A stretch of 55,093 nt of DNA from Deltaproteobacteria bacterium RIFOXYD12_FULL_55_16 (GCA_001799255.1 MGTC01000035.1:65024-120116), one strand, 5' to 3'. Shown: positions 45,265 to 54,183, counted from the stretch's first letter. A program made the numbers and translations. Notes: a model not told the origin generated them from the sequence alone.

Positions 45265-46311
45265 TCAAAAATTATGGCACTGCTGACAGCCGGAATTAGC
45301 ATCTGCGGGGCTGCCGCTTTCTTCCAGAGGCCAGACCAGGCCTTTCTTGTATTTACCGCCATGGGCCAGATGGCAACTGGCACAGATGACCTGGTTGCTG
45401 ACCCCAACCGTGGTCGCCGTGGCAAAGCTCGTGGCGTTTGCAACCTGAAAGCGCAGCCGTGGCACCCCTTCCTCGGTATCGCCAGTGACAGTGCCGAACC
45501 CGGAGCCGGTTCCGGCAGACCAATGGGCGGTGTCAACATTACTATAACCGGAGCCGTTGAGCGAAACATCGCTGAAATGATGCACCCGGTTGGAGGTGGT
45601 GTTGGCCGTCGGCTTAAGCAGCTCATGGCATTCGGCGCACCACAGGGAGGTCTTTGCCTTGTAGCCCTCGTTGGACTCCTTGTAAGCGGCGATGGAGCCC
45701 GTTGCCGAAGGGGGATCGCCTGGAGGGGAGGAACGAAAGACATCCTCGGCCATCAGGGGGGTAATCCCTGTCCCGCCTACGGGCGCGACCAGGAGATTAC
45801 GGTAACTGGCCGTGCCGTGCGGGTCATGGCAGGAGGCGCAGGAAAGGGTCATATTGGTCTTGGCGCTGTGAGGAACCGTGGCCGCGTTGACGCCCAGGTC
45901 GTGGCCGTTGACATTGGCTGTGCCGCTGGCGACGAAAAATCCGCCCCCTGAATGTTCATCGCCGCTGTTCTGATACATGGAAACGGAATCCAGAACATCC
46001 GGGGCGGTGGGGTCGCTGCCATCATGGCAGAACAGGCAGAGTTTATTGGTGGTACTCCGAATCCGCAGCTGTTGAAAAGGGCCGCCCGGCTCCGTCTTGC
46101 CTGGCCTCTGGCCGTCCTCGCTGTAATGCAGGGAATGACAGTCGTTGCACGGCTGTCTGTTGTTGGCAAGATCATGATAAAAGGCCGCGACCGCTTTGCT
46201 CGCCGACATCAACCCGGCGAGAAGAACAGCGGCGAAACCGTAAGCCAGAATGGCTCTGAGACAGAGGCGCCCCCCCGCCGTCTTGTTAGAAGTTGTCCCT
46301 CTGTTCATCAC
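45265..46311 (-). CDS. Short divergent OmcS-like hexaheme cytochrome
   Basis: AFYH...CNDCHSLH, GGGF...GHD, CASCHDPHG..YR.L, WCAECH, CASCHLAHG, CQQCH: 6 CxxCH in OmcS order. Confidence 0.8.
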   Translation of the reverse strand: MMNRGTTSNKTAGGRLCLRAILAYGFAAVLLAGLMSASKAVAAFYHDLANNRQPCNDCHSLHYSEDGQRPGKTEPGGPFQQLRIRSTTNKLCLFCHDGSDPTAPDVLDSVSMYQNSGDEHSGGGFFVASGTANVNGHDLGVNAATVPHSAKTNMTLSCASCHDPHGTASYRNLLVAPVGGTGITPLMAEDVFRSSPPGDPPSATGSIAAYKESNEGYKAKTSLWCAECHELLKPTANTTSNRVHHFSDVSLNGSGYSNVDTAHWSAGTGSGFGTVTGDTEEGVPRLRFQVANATSFATATTVGVSNQVICASCHLAHGGKYKKGLVWPLEESGSPADANSGCQQCHNF

Positions 46312-47339
46312 AGATCACTCACCTGAAAGATTTGAATCCGCTCCGCGCCCTTCTCAAGAACATACAACATGCCCTTCTCGCCAAAACAAAGATCAACCGG
46401 GAAGAAAAATCCCCCGGTATCAATCTCCAGCCTGCCGTAATTAAAAAGGTGCCTGCCATCCAGGGAAAAAACTCTCAGCCGGTGCTGAAAGGCGTCGGCG
46501 ATCCAGAGACGGCCCTTGGCATCCACGGCAAAACCGGTGGGAAAAGAGAAGATGTTGCTGCGCTCGGACGCCTCGCCATGGTCGCCAAAGGCCAGCAACG
46601 GAACCCCGGTCTGATCGAAGATATGCACCGCCCTGCCGTAAGCGCTGAGGCCGATGATTTTATCATTTACCACGGCGGCCTTCTGCAGGTAGGCAAATCC
46701 TCCCAGCGCCTGCAGGAAATCCCCCTGGAGGTTGAAGACCAGAATCTCATGGGCCCTGAGGTCGGCGATATAGAGGCGCCCATCCTGACCGATGGTGATC
46801 CGGCCAGGGGAAACCGGCCTGCCCACAACCAGGGAAAGGTCGATCCGATCCATCAGCGCCCCCCCCGGACTGAGTACCTTCAGCAGCCCGGTCTGAACCT
46901 CGCTGAGATAGATCCGGCCCGTCTCATCGAGAGCGACCCCGTACGGAGCGGTCAGCCCTACTTCCCGGCCGGCCTTGTTTACCAGGAAGCCCTTCGCATC
47001 CAGGATGATCAGCTCGCCGGAGCCGAAGCTCGTGATAAACAAATCGCCGTTTTTGACATCGCGGGCCAAGGCCAGCGGAGAGTACAGCAGCTTTTCACCA
47101 CCAACATTCTGGAAGGTCGCCAATCTGGTGATTTTCGGGGCCGCATATATAACTTCAGCGGTCGCAGTCGCTTTATTAACCTCAGGCGCCGCTTTCTTGA
47201 CCTCAGGTGCCGCTTTCTTGACCTCAGGCGACGCTTTCTTGACCTCAGGCGACGCAGCCCCGGCAATCAGACAGGGAAAAAGGAGGGCCAGCAACAACGC
47301 CAAGGCCCGGAAGCGATTTTTCCCTTTCCTGCTCATCAT
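46308..47339 (-). CDS. NHL-repeat protein with N-terminal PEVKKA repeats
   Basis: Signal peptide; PYGVALD, FSFPTGFAVD...WIAD, FFFPVDL repeats. Confidence 0.85.
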   Translation of the reverse strand: MMSRKGKNRFRALALLLALLFPCLIAGAASPEVKKASPEVKKAAPEVKKAAPEVNKATATAEVIYAAPKITRLATFQNVGGEKLLYSPLALARDVKNGDLFITSFGSGELIILDAKGFLVNKAGREVGLTAPYGVALDETGRIYLSEVQTGLLKVLSPGGALMDRIDLSLVVGRPVSPGRITIGQDGRLYIADLRAHEILVFNLQGDFLQALGGFAYLQKAAVVNDKIIGLSAYGRAVHIFDQTGVPLLAFGDHGEASERSNIFSFPTGFAVDAKGRLWIADAFQHRLRVFSLDGRHLFNYGRLEIDTGGFFFPVDLCFGEKGMLYVLEKGAERIQIFQVSDL

Positions 47340-47361
47340 GCCCTGCTCCAGGTCAAAACTC

Positions 47362-48294
47362 TCAAAACTCATTGATCCGAAATACCCTGATCAAGCCCGT
47401 GCCCTGCTCCAGCACATAGAGAAAACGATCGGCATCGAGCGTCAGATCCACAGCGGAGAGAAACGCCAATCTTCCCCCCTGGCTGAAGGGATAATCAAGA
47501 AGGAGATTGCCAAAGGTATCAAACACCTTGAGGCCCAGATTCGCCTCCTCCAGCACCCAGAGCCGTTCCCGGCGGTCAACCGCCAGAGCCTTGGCCCGCA
47601 ACGGCGTCGGAAACCGCCCCGGATCGGCGCCCAGGGTCCGCAACCTCCGGCCCTGCCCGTCATACACCCGGATCCCCCCGAAGCCGGGATCAGCGACATA
47701 AATCGTGTTGGCGCCGACCGCGACATCACTGGGATCCCCTATATCCGCAAGGGCGAACCTGAACCTCTGCTGCCGGTCGAGGACCAGAACCTGCCGGTTG
47801 CCGCGATCCACCACATACAGATTTCCCTCCCGATCCACATCCAGGGCAATGGCCTGCACCGCTGCCCGTTGCCGGTACGCGGAGAGATTCAGGTCGTGAA
47901 ATTCCTCACCGACGCCAGAATCATACTGCGACAAAACCTTGATGATTTCACTGTCCTGCATGGCCACAAACAGGGTGGAGTCCTTGCCGGCCGCCACTGT
48001 CCGAGGACGACGAAGATTGCCCGCCCGCCCCATGATCTTGAAGCTGTCGCCTTCCCGGCTGAGAAGATCAACGCGATGCGCTTCGGTGTTGGCAACAATG
48101 AAAAGACCGCGATAGGTGTCATAAACAAAGCCCTGGGGGGCCAGGAGCCCGCGCTCGGTTCCTCTGGGAGCAATAACCTCCATCTCCTCCAGACTCAAGG
48201 AAAAGCAGGGCGCAACACCAAGATGCAGCAGAAACAGAACCAGTCCTGTGCGCAGCGCCGGGCCGGGCCGGAATCCGGAGCGGGAAAGTCTCAT
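47362..48294 (-). CDS. NHL-repeat protein
   Basis: Signal peptide; LDVDREGNLYVVDRGNRQV and PSDVAV...YVADP repeats. Confidence 0.85.
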   Translation of the reverse strand: MRLSRSGFRPGPALRTGLVLFLLHLGVAPCFSLSLEEMEVIAPRGTERGLLAPQGFVYDTYRGLFIVANTEAHRVDLLSREGDSFKIMGRAGNLRRPRTVAAGKDSTLFVAMQDSEIIKVLSQYDSGVGEEFHDLNLSAYRQRAAVQAIALDVDREGNLYVVDRGNRQVLVLDRQQRFRFALADIGDPSDVAVGANTIYVADPGFGGIRVYDGQGRRLRTLGADPGRFPTPLRAKALAVDRRERLWVLEEANLGLKVFDTFGNLLLDYPFSQGGRLAFLSAVDLTLDADRFLYVLEQGTGLIRVFRINEF

Positions 48295-50600
48295 TTACCA
48301 GGCTCCTTCTCGCCGGTTTTCTTCATGGCCGCAGCCGGAGCGGCCTCGGGCGCCGCCGACGCTTTGGGCAGGAGAGGCTGCTTGCCGGAACCATCACTGC
48401 CCATAACCATCAGCTTCTCGCTGTTGTCGGCCAGCGAGGTATAGACGATCACCCCTTCCTCCGGCAGCAGGGCCGGAAAGACTGCGCCGTCTTCGGTCAG
48501 CCGACGCAGGGTGGCGTCGGCGATATCCACCGAGTAGATATTGGGCACGCCATTATCCGGGATGGTAAAGATGATCCGGGTGTCATCGAAGTTGAAAAAG
48601 GGCAGGCTGGTGTATTCGGGCAGGTACACCTGAAACTGGCTGTCCACCATCTGGGAGTGGAGCATTTTCGGCTCGGAGCCGTCCGCCTTCATGACCCAGA
48701 GCTGACGAAGCAGGTGTTTATCCGCAAACACCGTCAGGGTGAAGGCGATCATCTCACCCCGCGCCGACCAGACCGGGTAGGAGGCCAGAGCCGGTTGCTC
48801 CTTGCCGACACTGTTGCGCTCGGCATAGCTGGTCAGCAGGGTTCGTTTCGTGCCGTCCGCATTCATAATACAAATATCGATCCGGTCGGTGAAGGCGATT
48901 TTTTTGCCGTCCAGGGACCAGCGCGGCTGCATGTATAGCTCCGGCGCATATTCGCTGGGCTCTTTGGGAAAACGCAGATCGGTCTGGACAAACTTGCTGT
49001 CCACCGCCTCCAGCATATAAAGGCCGGGGGTCTCGCCAAAAGCGGGGATGGAAATAAGAAGCACCTTATCCTCCTGGATGGAGACATCCGCTCCCAGGAA
49101 CTCCCGGTGATCTTTCTGACCGGGAAAATCGATCCCCCCCTGCTCAGTGAAGGCCAACAGCCCCCGACTGGAATAAACCAGCAGGCCGTCGCTTTGCGGC
49201 AACCAGAAAATCCGGGTGTCGGCGGTCTGAGCAATGCCCGGATAAGAGGCGAGCTCGACGCCTTGCCGGTTAACGATGGTCAAGGCGTCAACCCGTTCTT
49301 TATTGGTGAAATAGGCGATTTTGGCTGAATCCTGCGCAGGCGTCGGCAGCCAGGCGGAAGCCCTGCTGGGAGTAAGCCGGACCAGAGCTGCAGAGGCCAG
49401 GTCGAGGCTGAAGATTTCCGTGGTGTAGCTCACCGGCATGAGCCCGACCAGCGTTATCTTCCTGCCATCCGGAGCAAGAGCGAAATCAGACACCTGGAAT
49501 TCCGGCGGCGAAACCCGCCTTTCGCTGCCGGTGGCAAGGTCGAGATACCACAGGGAGTTAAGACCAACCCGGTTGAAAGCGACCTTTTCCTTCTTGTGCA
49601 GCGGGGCAGCAGCCTCTGCGTCCTTCGTTGGTTCGTCCGCTTGTTTTTCAGCCTCCTTTGGCGCCAACCAGGAGAACAGACCCTTAAGCAAGCCGAGCAA
49701 GCCTTCCGGCTCGGTCACTATCTCAATATCCTGACCAAGATAGTAAACACCCTTGCCAGACGTGTCCCAGAGAAGATCCCTGCCAGCCAGCCTCGGCGAA
49801 GGATAGCTCTTGATCCCACTGCCGTCGAGCAGCATGGTCTGCACTTCAAACTCTCCGGGGTTGACGGGGTATGGATAGGCCACCAGACCGACCTGGGGAG
49901 AATAAACCGGGGTGCCGATATACTTGCCCAGCAATGATTTGCTTTCCATGGTCGACAGGTCGATTTCCCAGATCCCGACGCCATAGCTGTGGCTGCCCGC
50001 CTCGTAATATATCTTCCGGCTGTCCGGATGCCAGAACAGGCTGCGGATCCCTATCTTTTCGGTAACCGCCTCAAGTCGCGCCCCGTCGGCGGTGCCGATC
50101 CAGAGATTCCTGACCTTATCCTTGCCAGGAACAGTAAGGGCAAACAGTTTGCCGTCCGGAGAATAGACCGGCAGGTCGGCGCCGGTCGGCAGGCTCGTCA
50201 GACTCATTTCCTCCCCGCCGCCATCGGCCGCGATGGTCATAACCTCGGCAAAGCCCTTGCGGACGGTGGTAAAGCGGAGCGAGGCGCCGTCCTCCGCCCA
50301 GCGAAAGTTCCGGATCCCCCGCGTGGTCAGCCTTCTGGCGCCAGTACCGTCCGCATTCATAACCCAGAGGTCAGTCGGGGCATGCAGGGTCGAGGAAAGG
50401 AAGGCGATTCTACCGCCGTCGGGCGAAAAGGCAGAGCTGAAGCCCCCGTTAGGGCCAGCCGCCTCGTTTTTCGGCGAAACAGACGCCACCGTCATAGTCC
50501 CGGGGCTGACGGCTGTTTCCTTTGCCTCGACCGTGGTCAGGGCGGACAAACAACAGGCCAGCGCCAACAGGGCGCTGAACAAAAAGTGCTTTTTCATCAT
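48291..50600 (-). CDS. TolB-like (PD40/WD40-like) multi-propeller exported protein
   Basis: Signal peptide; many FSPDG..IAF / P.WS.DG / MNADG repeats. Confidence 0.85.
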   Translation of the reverse strand: MMKKHFLFSALLALACCLSALTTVEAKETAVSPGTMTVASVSPKNEAAGPNGGFSSAFSPDGGRIAFLSSTLHAPTDLWVMNADGTGARRLTTRGIRNFRWAEDGASLRFTTVRKGFAEVMTIAADGGGEEMSLTSLPTGADLPVYSPDGKLFALTVPGKDKVRNLWIGTADGARLEAVTEKIGIRSLFWHPDSRKIYYEAGSHSYGVGIWEIDLSTMESKSLLGKYIGTPVYSPQVGLVAYPYPVNPGEFEVQTMLLDGSGIKSYPSPRLAGRDLLWDTSGKGVYYLGQDIEIVTEPEGLLGLLKGLFSWLAPKEAEKQADEPTKDAEAAAPLHKKEKVAFNRVGLNSLWYLDLATGSERRVSPPEFQVSDFALAPDGRKITLVGLMPVSYTTEIFSLDLASAALVRLTPSRASAWLPTPAQDSAKIAYFTNKERVDALTIVNRQGVELASYPGIAQTADTRIFWLPQSDGLLVYSSRGLLAFTEQGGIDFPGQKDHREFLGADVSIQEDKVLLISIPAFGETPGLYMLEAVDSKFVQTDLRFPKEPSEYAPELYMQPRWSLDGKKIAFTDRIDICIMNADGTKRTLLTSYAERNSVGKEQPALASYPVWSARGEMIAFTLTVFADKHLLRQLWVMKADGSEPKMLHSQMVDSQFQVYLPEYTSLPFFNFDDTRIIFTIPDNGVPNIYSVDIADATLRRLTEDGAVFPALLPEEGVIVYTSLADNSEKLMVMGSDGSGKQPLLPKASAAPEAAPAAAMKKTGEKEPGK

Positions 50601-50878
50601 TCTCCCTTTCCCGACGCTTGGTTGCTGATCCCAGGCGACCCGATCATAATCTTGCTCTCACAGGCCAAGATTCTCCATAACCTCAATCAGCTGAGTTGTC
50701 CTGATAATAAAAGTCATCCATTAAGCCATATCCAGTGAAGAAAACTTCACAAAAGCCTGACCTGCCTTCACCATTATGATGGGCCAGCAACAATGCGAAA
50801 ATCGCTTCAACCCCTCATCCTGGCGAAGAAAGGCCCTACCCGGCGAACCGGTTGCCTGTTGGCTCTATACACACAAAT

Positions 50879-50919
50879 ACCGTTCTGACGGCAGGGACGT
50901 ACCCCACCGTCAGAACGGT
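50879..50919 (-). terminator. Stem-loop downstream of the divergent hexaheme gene
   Basis: ACCGTTCTGACGG-N15-CCGTCAGAACGGT, a perfect 13-bp inverted repeat; minus-strand tail ATTTGTGTGT. Confidence 0.7.
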
Positions 50920-50961
50920 CACACTACAGAGACACTGCTTAAACCAAAAAAGCAGGCAGGA

Positions 50962-52353
50962 TTAGAAATTCTTCACGAAAGCCGTTGCTCCACCCTTCTG
51001 ATGACATTTGCCACAACCGTATGCAGGGTTGTCGCCTTCAGCGGGGCCTGCGCCAACGCCGCTAACCGCGCCATTGGGCAGGAAGGAATGGGCATTGGCA
51101 TCCCAACGGGTCATGTTGTCGTACTGAGAGGCATGGGCCTTATGACAGGTCAGACACATGATCCGGCTGGTGCCAACCGCAGTCCCGGAAGTTGCCCAGG
51201 AAGCTGTAGCGCTCTTGACGGTGAAGTCGGCATTGTCCTGAACCAGGGGGTAACGATAATCATAACCTACAGGGTTGGGGGCAGTGCCCTGGGCGTTGCT
51301 GACCTGCTTGGTGTAGGTGGTGATAGAGTATTTACTGCCGCTCGGGTTCGAGCTGTTGGTCATGGTAACACCGGTTTCGTTCATCTTCATGTTGGTCGGA
51401 TGACGCTGCCAGGTGAGGCCGATGTTGGTCTTGCCGTTATCCGTGGCCCGAGTCTCGCCAGTGCCGCCGTGGAAGTCGCCGTGACAGGCCGAGCAGAAGG
51501 AACTGAAGCCGCCACGGTAGACGTTCTTGTTGGTGTCGGACTCAGGAAGCAGCAGATCGGCGCCCTCCAGGGGATTGCCGTCAGCGCGGACATTATTGTA
51601 ATTCGTACCAATAATATTACCACGAGAGTTGGACATGATCGGCTCAAATCCCGCTGAGGTGGCGCCGGAGGTGCCGCCAGTGGTTTCAACGGTGCCGGCG
51701 GTCTCATTACCGGTTACCACCTTGCCGTTAACCTTACGTTTGACCTGCCGCCAAGCTGAGTAGGTGTCACTGAAACGAGAGTGCATGCCGTGGCAGGAGT
51801 GACAGGACCACTCGCCGTCGGTGATGGCAACGCCGCCGGGGGGCAAGGCCTTGAGGGTCGGGTCAGACGGCATCAGCAGAGAGGTGCCAGACCCGGTCAG
51901 GACTGCGCCCTTGGTGTAGGACGGGTTGTGACCCTTCTTCGCATCCTGCTTTGAGAAAAAGAAGTCGCCAGCCGGCATGGAACCGCCAGTATAGGTGCCG
52001 TTAATGGACATAACCGGGGGCGCTAACCAGCCGGTATTTTCAACGCCAGCCAGCAGCGCCGTGGCAGAGGTATTAGAACCCTCAGTATGACAAGAAAGAC
52101 ACATGTCAGTCCAGTCGCCGCGCTTCAACAACTCGCGGTTCAGCTGGGTGCCGCCAAGGGTAGTATTATTAATGGTCGCGCCGTTTTCGCTATTATGGAG
52201 AGTATGACAGTCGGTACAGATCAGGCCGTCGTAGGAGTGATACTGCGCGGTGTTGGGGCCGGCTTTTCCTGTCCCCTGTACACCAGGGGCTGCGGCGTAG
52301 GCTACTGCGGCTGTCAGGCCAACAAGGGATACGGTCAAGTAAATCTTTTTCAT
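50962..52353 (-). CDS. Highly divergent OmcS-family hexaheme cytochrome (candidate filament subunit)
   Basis: Signal peptide; YHSYDGLICTDCHTLHNS, AGDF, KGHN, CHSCHGMH, CSACH, RHP, CLTCHKAHAS...RWD, CGKCH; T/G/A/N-rich. Confidence 0.85.
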   Translation of the reverse strand: MKKIYLTVSLVGLTAAVAYAAAPGVQGTGKAGPNTAQYHSYDGLICTDCHTLHNSENGATINNTTLGGTQLNRELLKRGDWTDMCLSCHTEGSNTSATALLAGVENTGWLAPPVMSINGTYTGGSMPAGDFFFSKQDAKKGHNPSYTKGAVLTGSGTSLLMPSDPTLKALPPGGVAITDGEWSCHSCHGMHSRFSDTYSAWRQVKRKVNGKVVTGNETAGTVETTGGTSGATSAGFEPIMSNSRGNIIGTNYNNVRADGNPLEGADLLLPESDTNKNVYRGGFSSFCSACHGDFHGGTGETRATDNGKTNIGLTWQRHPTNMKMNETGVTMTNSSNPSGSKYSITTYTKQVSNAQGTAPNPVGYDYRYPLVQDNADFTVKSATASWATSGTAVGTSRIMCLTCHKAHASQYDNMTRWDANAHSFLPNGAVSGVGAGPAEGDNPAYGCGKCHQKGGATAFVKNF

Positions 52354-52384
52354 TTTTTTTCCTCCGAAAAAATTTCTTTTTTTG

Positions 52385-52464
52385 CTCTGACAACCCGGCC
52401 GTCCTGGATTCAGGACCCGATCGGTTTTGCGTCCCCCGGTTACCCGAAGTTTGCCTTTTCAGAG
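52385..52464 (-). ncRNA. GEMM-I (c-di-GMP-I class) riboswitch
   Basis: Minus strand CTCTGAAAAGGCAAACTTCGG-GTAA-CCGGGGGACGCAAAACC...GTCCTG-AATC-CAGGACGGCCGGGTTGTCAGAG. Confidence 0.9.
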
Positions 52465-52639
52465 GATGGTAAGGTGTTTCTCCAAGATGCTGCCTTACTG
52501 CTTCCTCCCCATTTTTCCGATAATCGCACCTCCTTTTTTCGTTATGAAACTAAGCCAATGATGAAGGCGCCCAAAACCATTACGCCCCGTTTTTTTACCA
52601 GCCTGCTATACCTGGCCTCCACCGTGGGCGGCCAGGCGC

Positions 52640-53632
52640 TCACCCTGCCGTTTTTCCTTCCTGTGGGAACTCGACTTCAAAAACCTGCACCCGTTTAAGC
52701 GCGGTTTCCAGAACAAAGAGCCGGTTGCCACCGTTCATGGCAAGCTTGCCCGGCATATAGAACTGACCGTAGTTCTTACCAAGGCCGCCGAACTCCTCGA
52801 CGAATTCGCCCTCTGCGTCATAACAGAGGACCTTGTTGCGCACCGTGCTGGTTACGAAGATATGGCCCTGATTATCGGTGGCCAGACCAGCAGGCCTGGC
52901 GATCAGGCCATAGATAACGCCGGGTTTGCCGATCCGCTGAAAATTCTGCTCCTTGCTGTCGTAGCGCACCACCGAATAGGGCCGCATGTCGGAAAACAGG
53001 AAGCGGCCAGCCCGATCCATGGAGAAGCCGAAGATCTGATTGGGCCCCTCCTCCGTATTCTTGCCCTCGACCTTGATCTCCGCATGGGTCTGCCCCTCGG
53101 GATCGAGTCTGACCACGCCGCCTCGGGATTTCATGGCATATACCGCGCCGTCCGGGCCACCGGACGCCAGATACAGAGGCCGCACCGCCTTGCCGCCTTT
53201 CTCGTCGCTGGCCCCAGCCAGATCCAGCACCGCAAGCGGCGCCCCCTTATAGTCCAGAACGCTGATTCTGCTGCTGTTGCTGTAGCCGACATAGATCCGG
53301 CCCGCAGCGTCGCTGGAGACCATCATCGGCGCGCCTTCCTTGGATTTAAGCGGAATCCGGCCCGTATACATCCCATTGACGTCATAAATCATGATTGCGC
53401 CGTACCCTGGGTCAACCACATAAAGCGCCCCGGATTGGGGGTCAAAAGCAAGGTCAATGGGGTTTTTCAGCAATTCGCTCCGGCTGCCGACATCTTCGAT
53501 GGCATAAAGAAAGGTCACCCGCATGACGCCGCGGTCCTGACCGGCGGCAAAGACCGGGGTCGCCTGAACTGCCAGAACAAAAAGGAGCAGCAGCACAAAA
53601 AATGTTTTTCCTGATTTCCGGTTTGCCTTCAT
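52640..53632 (-). CDS. NHL-repeat protein, first gene of cluster 2
   Basis: Signal peptide from MKANRK; PAGLATD..GHIFV and EFGGLG..YGQFYMP repeats; same position as 24244..25284 in cluster 1. Confidence 0.85.
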   Translation of the reverse strand: MKANRKSGKTFFVLLLLFVLAVQATPVFAAGQDRGVMRVTFLYAIEDVGSRSELLKNPIDLAFDPQSGALYVVDPGYGAIMIYDVNGMYTGRIPLKSKEGAPMMVSSDAAGRIYVGYSNSSRISVLDYKGAPLAVLDLAGASDEKGGKAVRPLYLASGGPDGAVYAMKSRGGVVRLDPEGQTHAEIKVEGKNTEEGPNQIFGFSMDRAGRFLFSDMRPYSVVRYDSKEQNFQRIGKPGVIYGLIARPAGLATDNQGHIFVTSTVRNKVLCYDAEGEFVEEFGGLGKNYGQFYMPGKLAMNGGNRLFVLETALKRVQVFEVEFPQEGKTAG

Positions 53633-53669
53633 TGCTCGCTCCGCCTCTGTTTCAGTTGACCAGTACCCT

Positions 53670-53685
53670 TGCAATCACCGTGCCA
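53670..53685 (-). promoter_or_regulatory. sigma54 promoter of cluster 2
   Basis: Minus strand TGGCACGGTGATTGCA matches the consensus. Confidence 0.88.
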
Positions 53686-53943
53686 TCAAGAAAATATCAT
53701 ATAATATCTTTTAATAACAGTGAGTTATACTTAATCGTGGAAAATGACTTACGAAATAATCGGTTAATAACGCCAGAACCTGGTTGCTGTTATTGTTAAT
53801 AAGAACAGGTCTAGATTGTTTGCCCGGTCTCCGCCATGACCACAGAAAAAAAATCTTCCATCAGATGCCCTTTAGGTATAATAAAGATGTCCGACTCAGG
53901 CATCTTCCACCAAACGAAGAAATATTTTTCCAGGAAACCCGCC

Positions 53944-54183
53944 ATGAAAATCACCATCACCTACTGCAGCCAATGAAACTATCTGCCCCAGGCTTCCAGG
54001 CTGGAAGCCGAACTGAAGAAGCAATTTTCCGCCGAGATTGAACTTATCCCCGGCTCAGGCGGCATTTACGAGATCATGGCCGATGGTCGGCCAATCTTTT
54101 CAAAACAGATGGTCGGCCGCTTTGCCGAGCCCGAAGAAATCATCAACCTCATCAAAAAACACGGGCAGCCAGGCCCTGGGTAA
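53944..54183 (+). CDS. SelT/SelW/SelH (Rdx-family) selenoprotein, 79 aa, Sec at TGA 53974-53976
   Basis: MKITITYCSQ-U-NYLPQASRLEAELKKQF...ELIPGSGGIYEIMADGRPIFSK...RF.EPEEI; CxxU motif with a SECIS-like hairpin downstream. Confidence 0.9.
53991..54009 (+). promoter_or_regulatory. Putative bacterial SECIS hairpin
   Basis: GGCTTCCA-GGC-TGGAAGCC, separated from the UGA by 14 nt, with a G-containing apical loop. Confidence 0.7.

Noticed and set aside
48291-50600. Housekeeping tolB
   Set aside because: No tolQRA/pal neighbours, and much longer than TolB
50962-52353. OmcZ or OmcE assignment
   Set aside because: Six hemes in OmcS motif order; OmcZ is octaheme with a linked subtilase and OmcE is tetraheme
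53944-53976. Pseudogene with premature stop
   Set aside because: The TGA sits exactly in a CxxU motif, followed by a SECIS-like hairpin and an intact downstream frame
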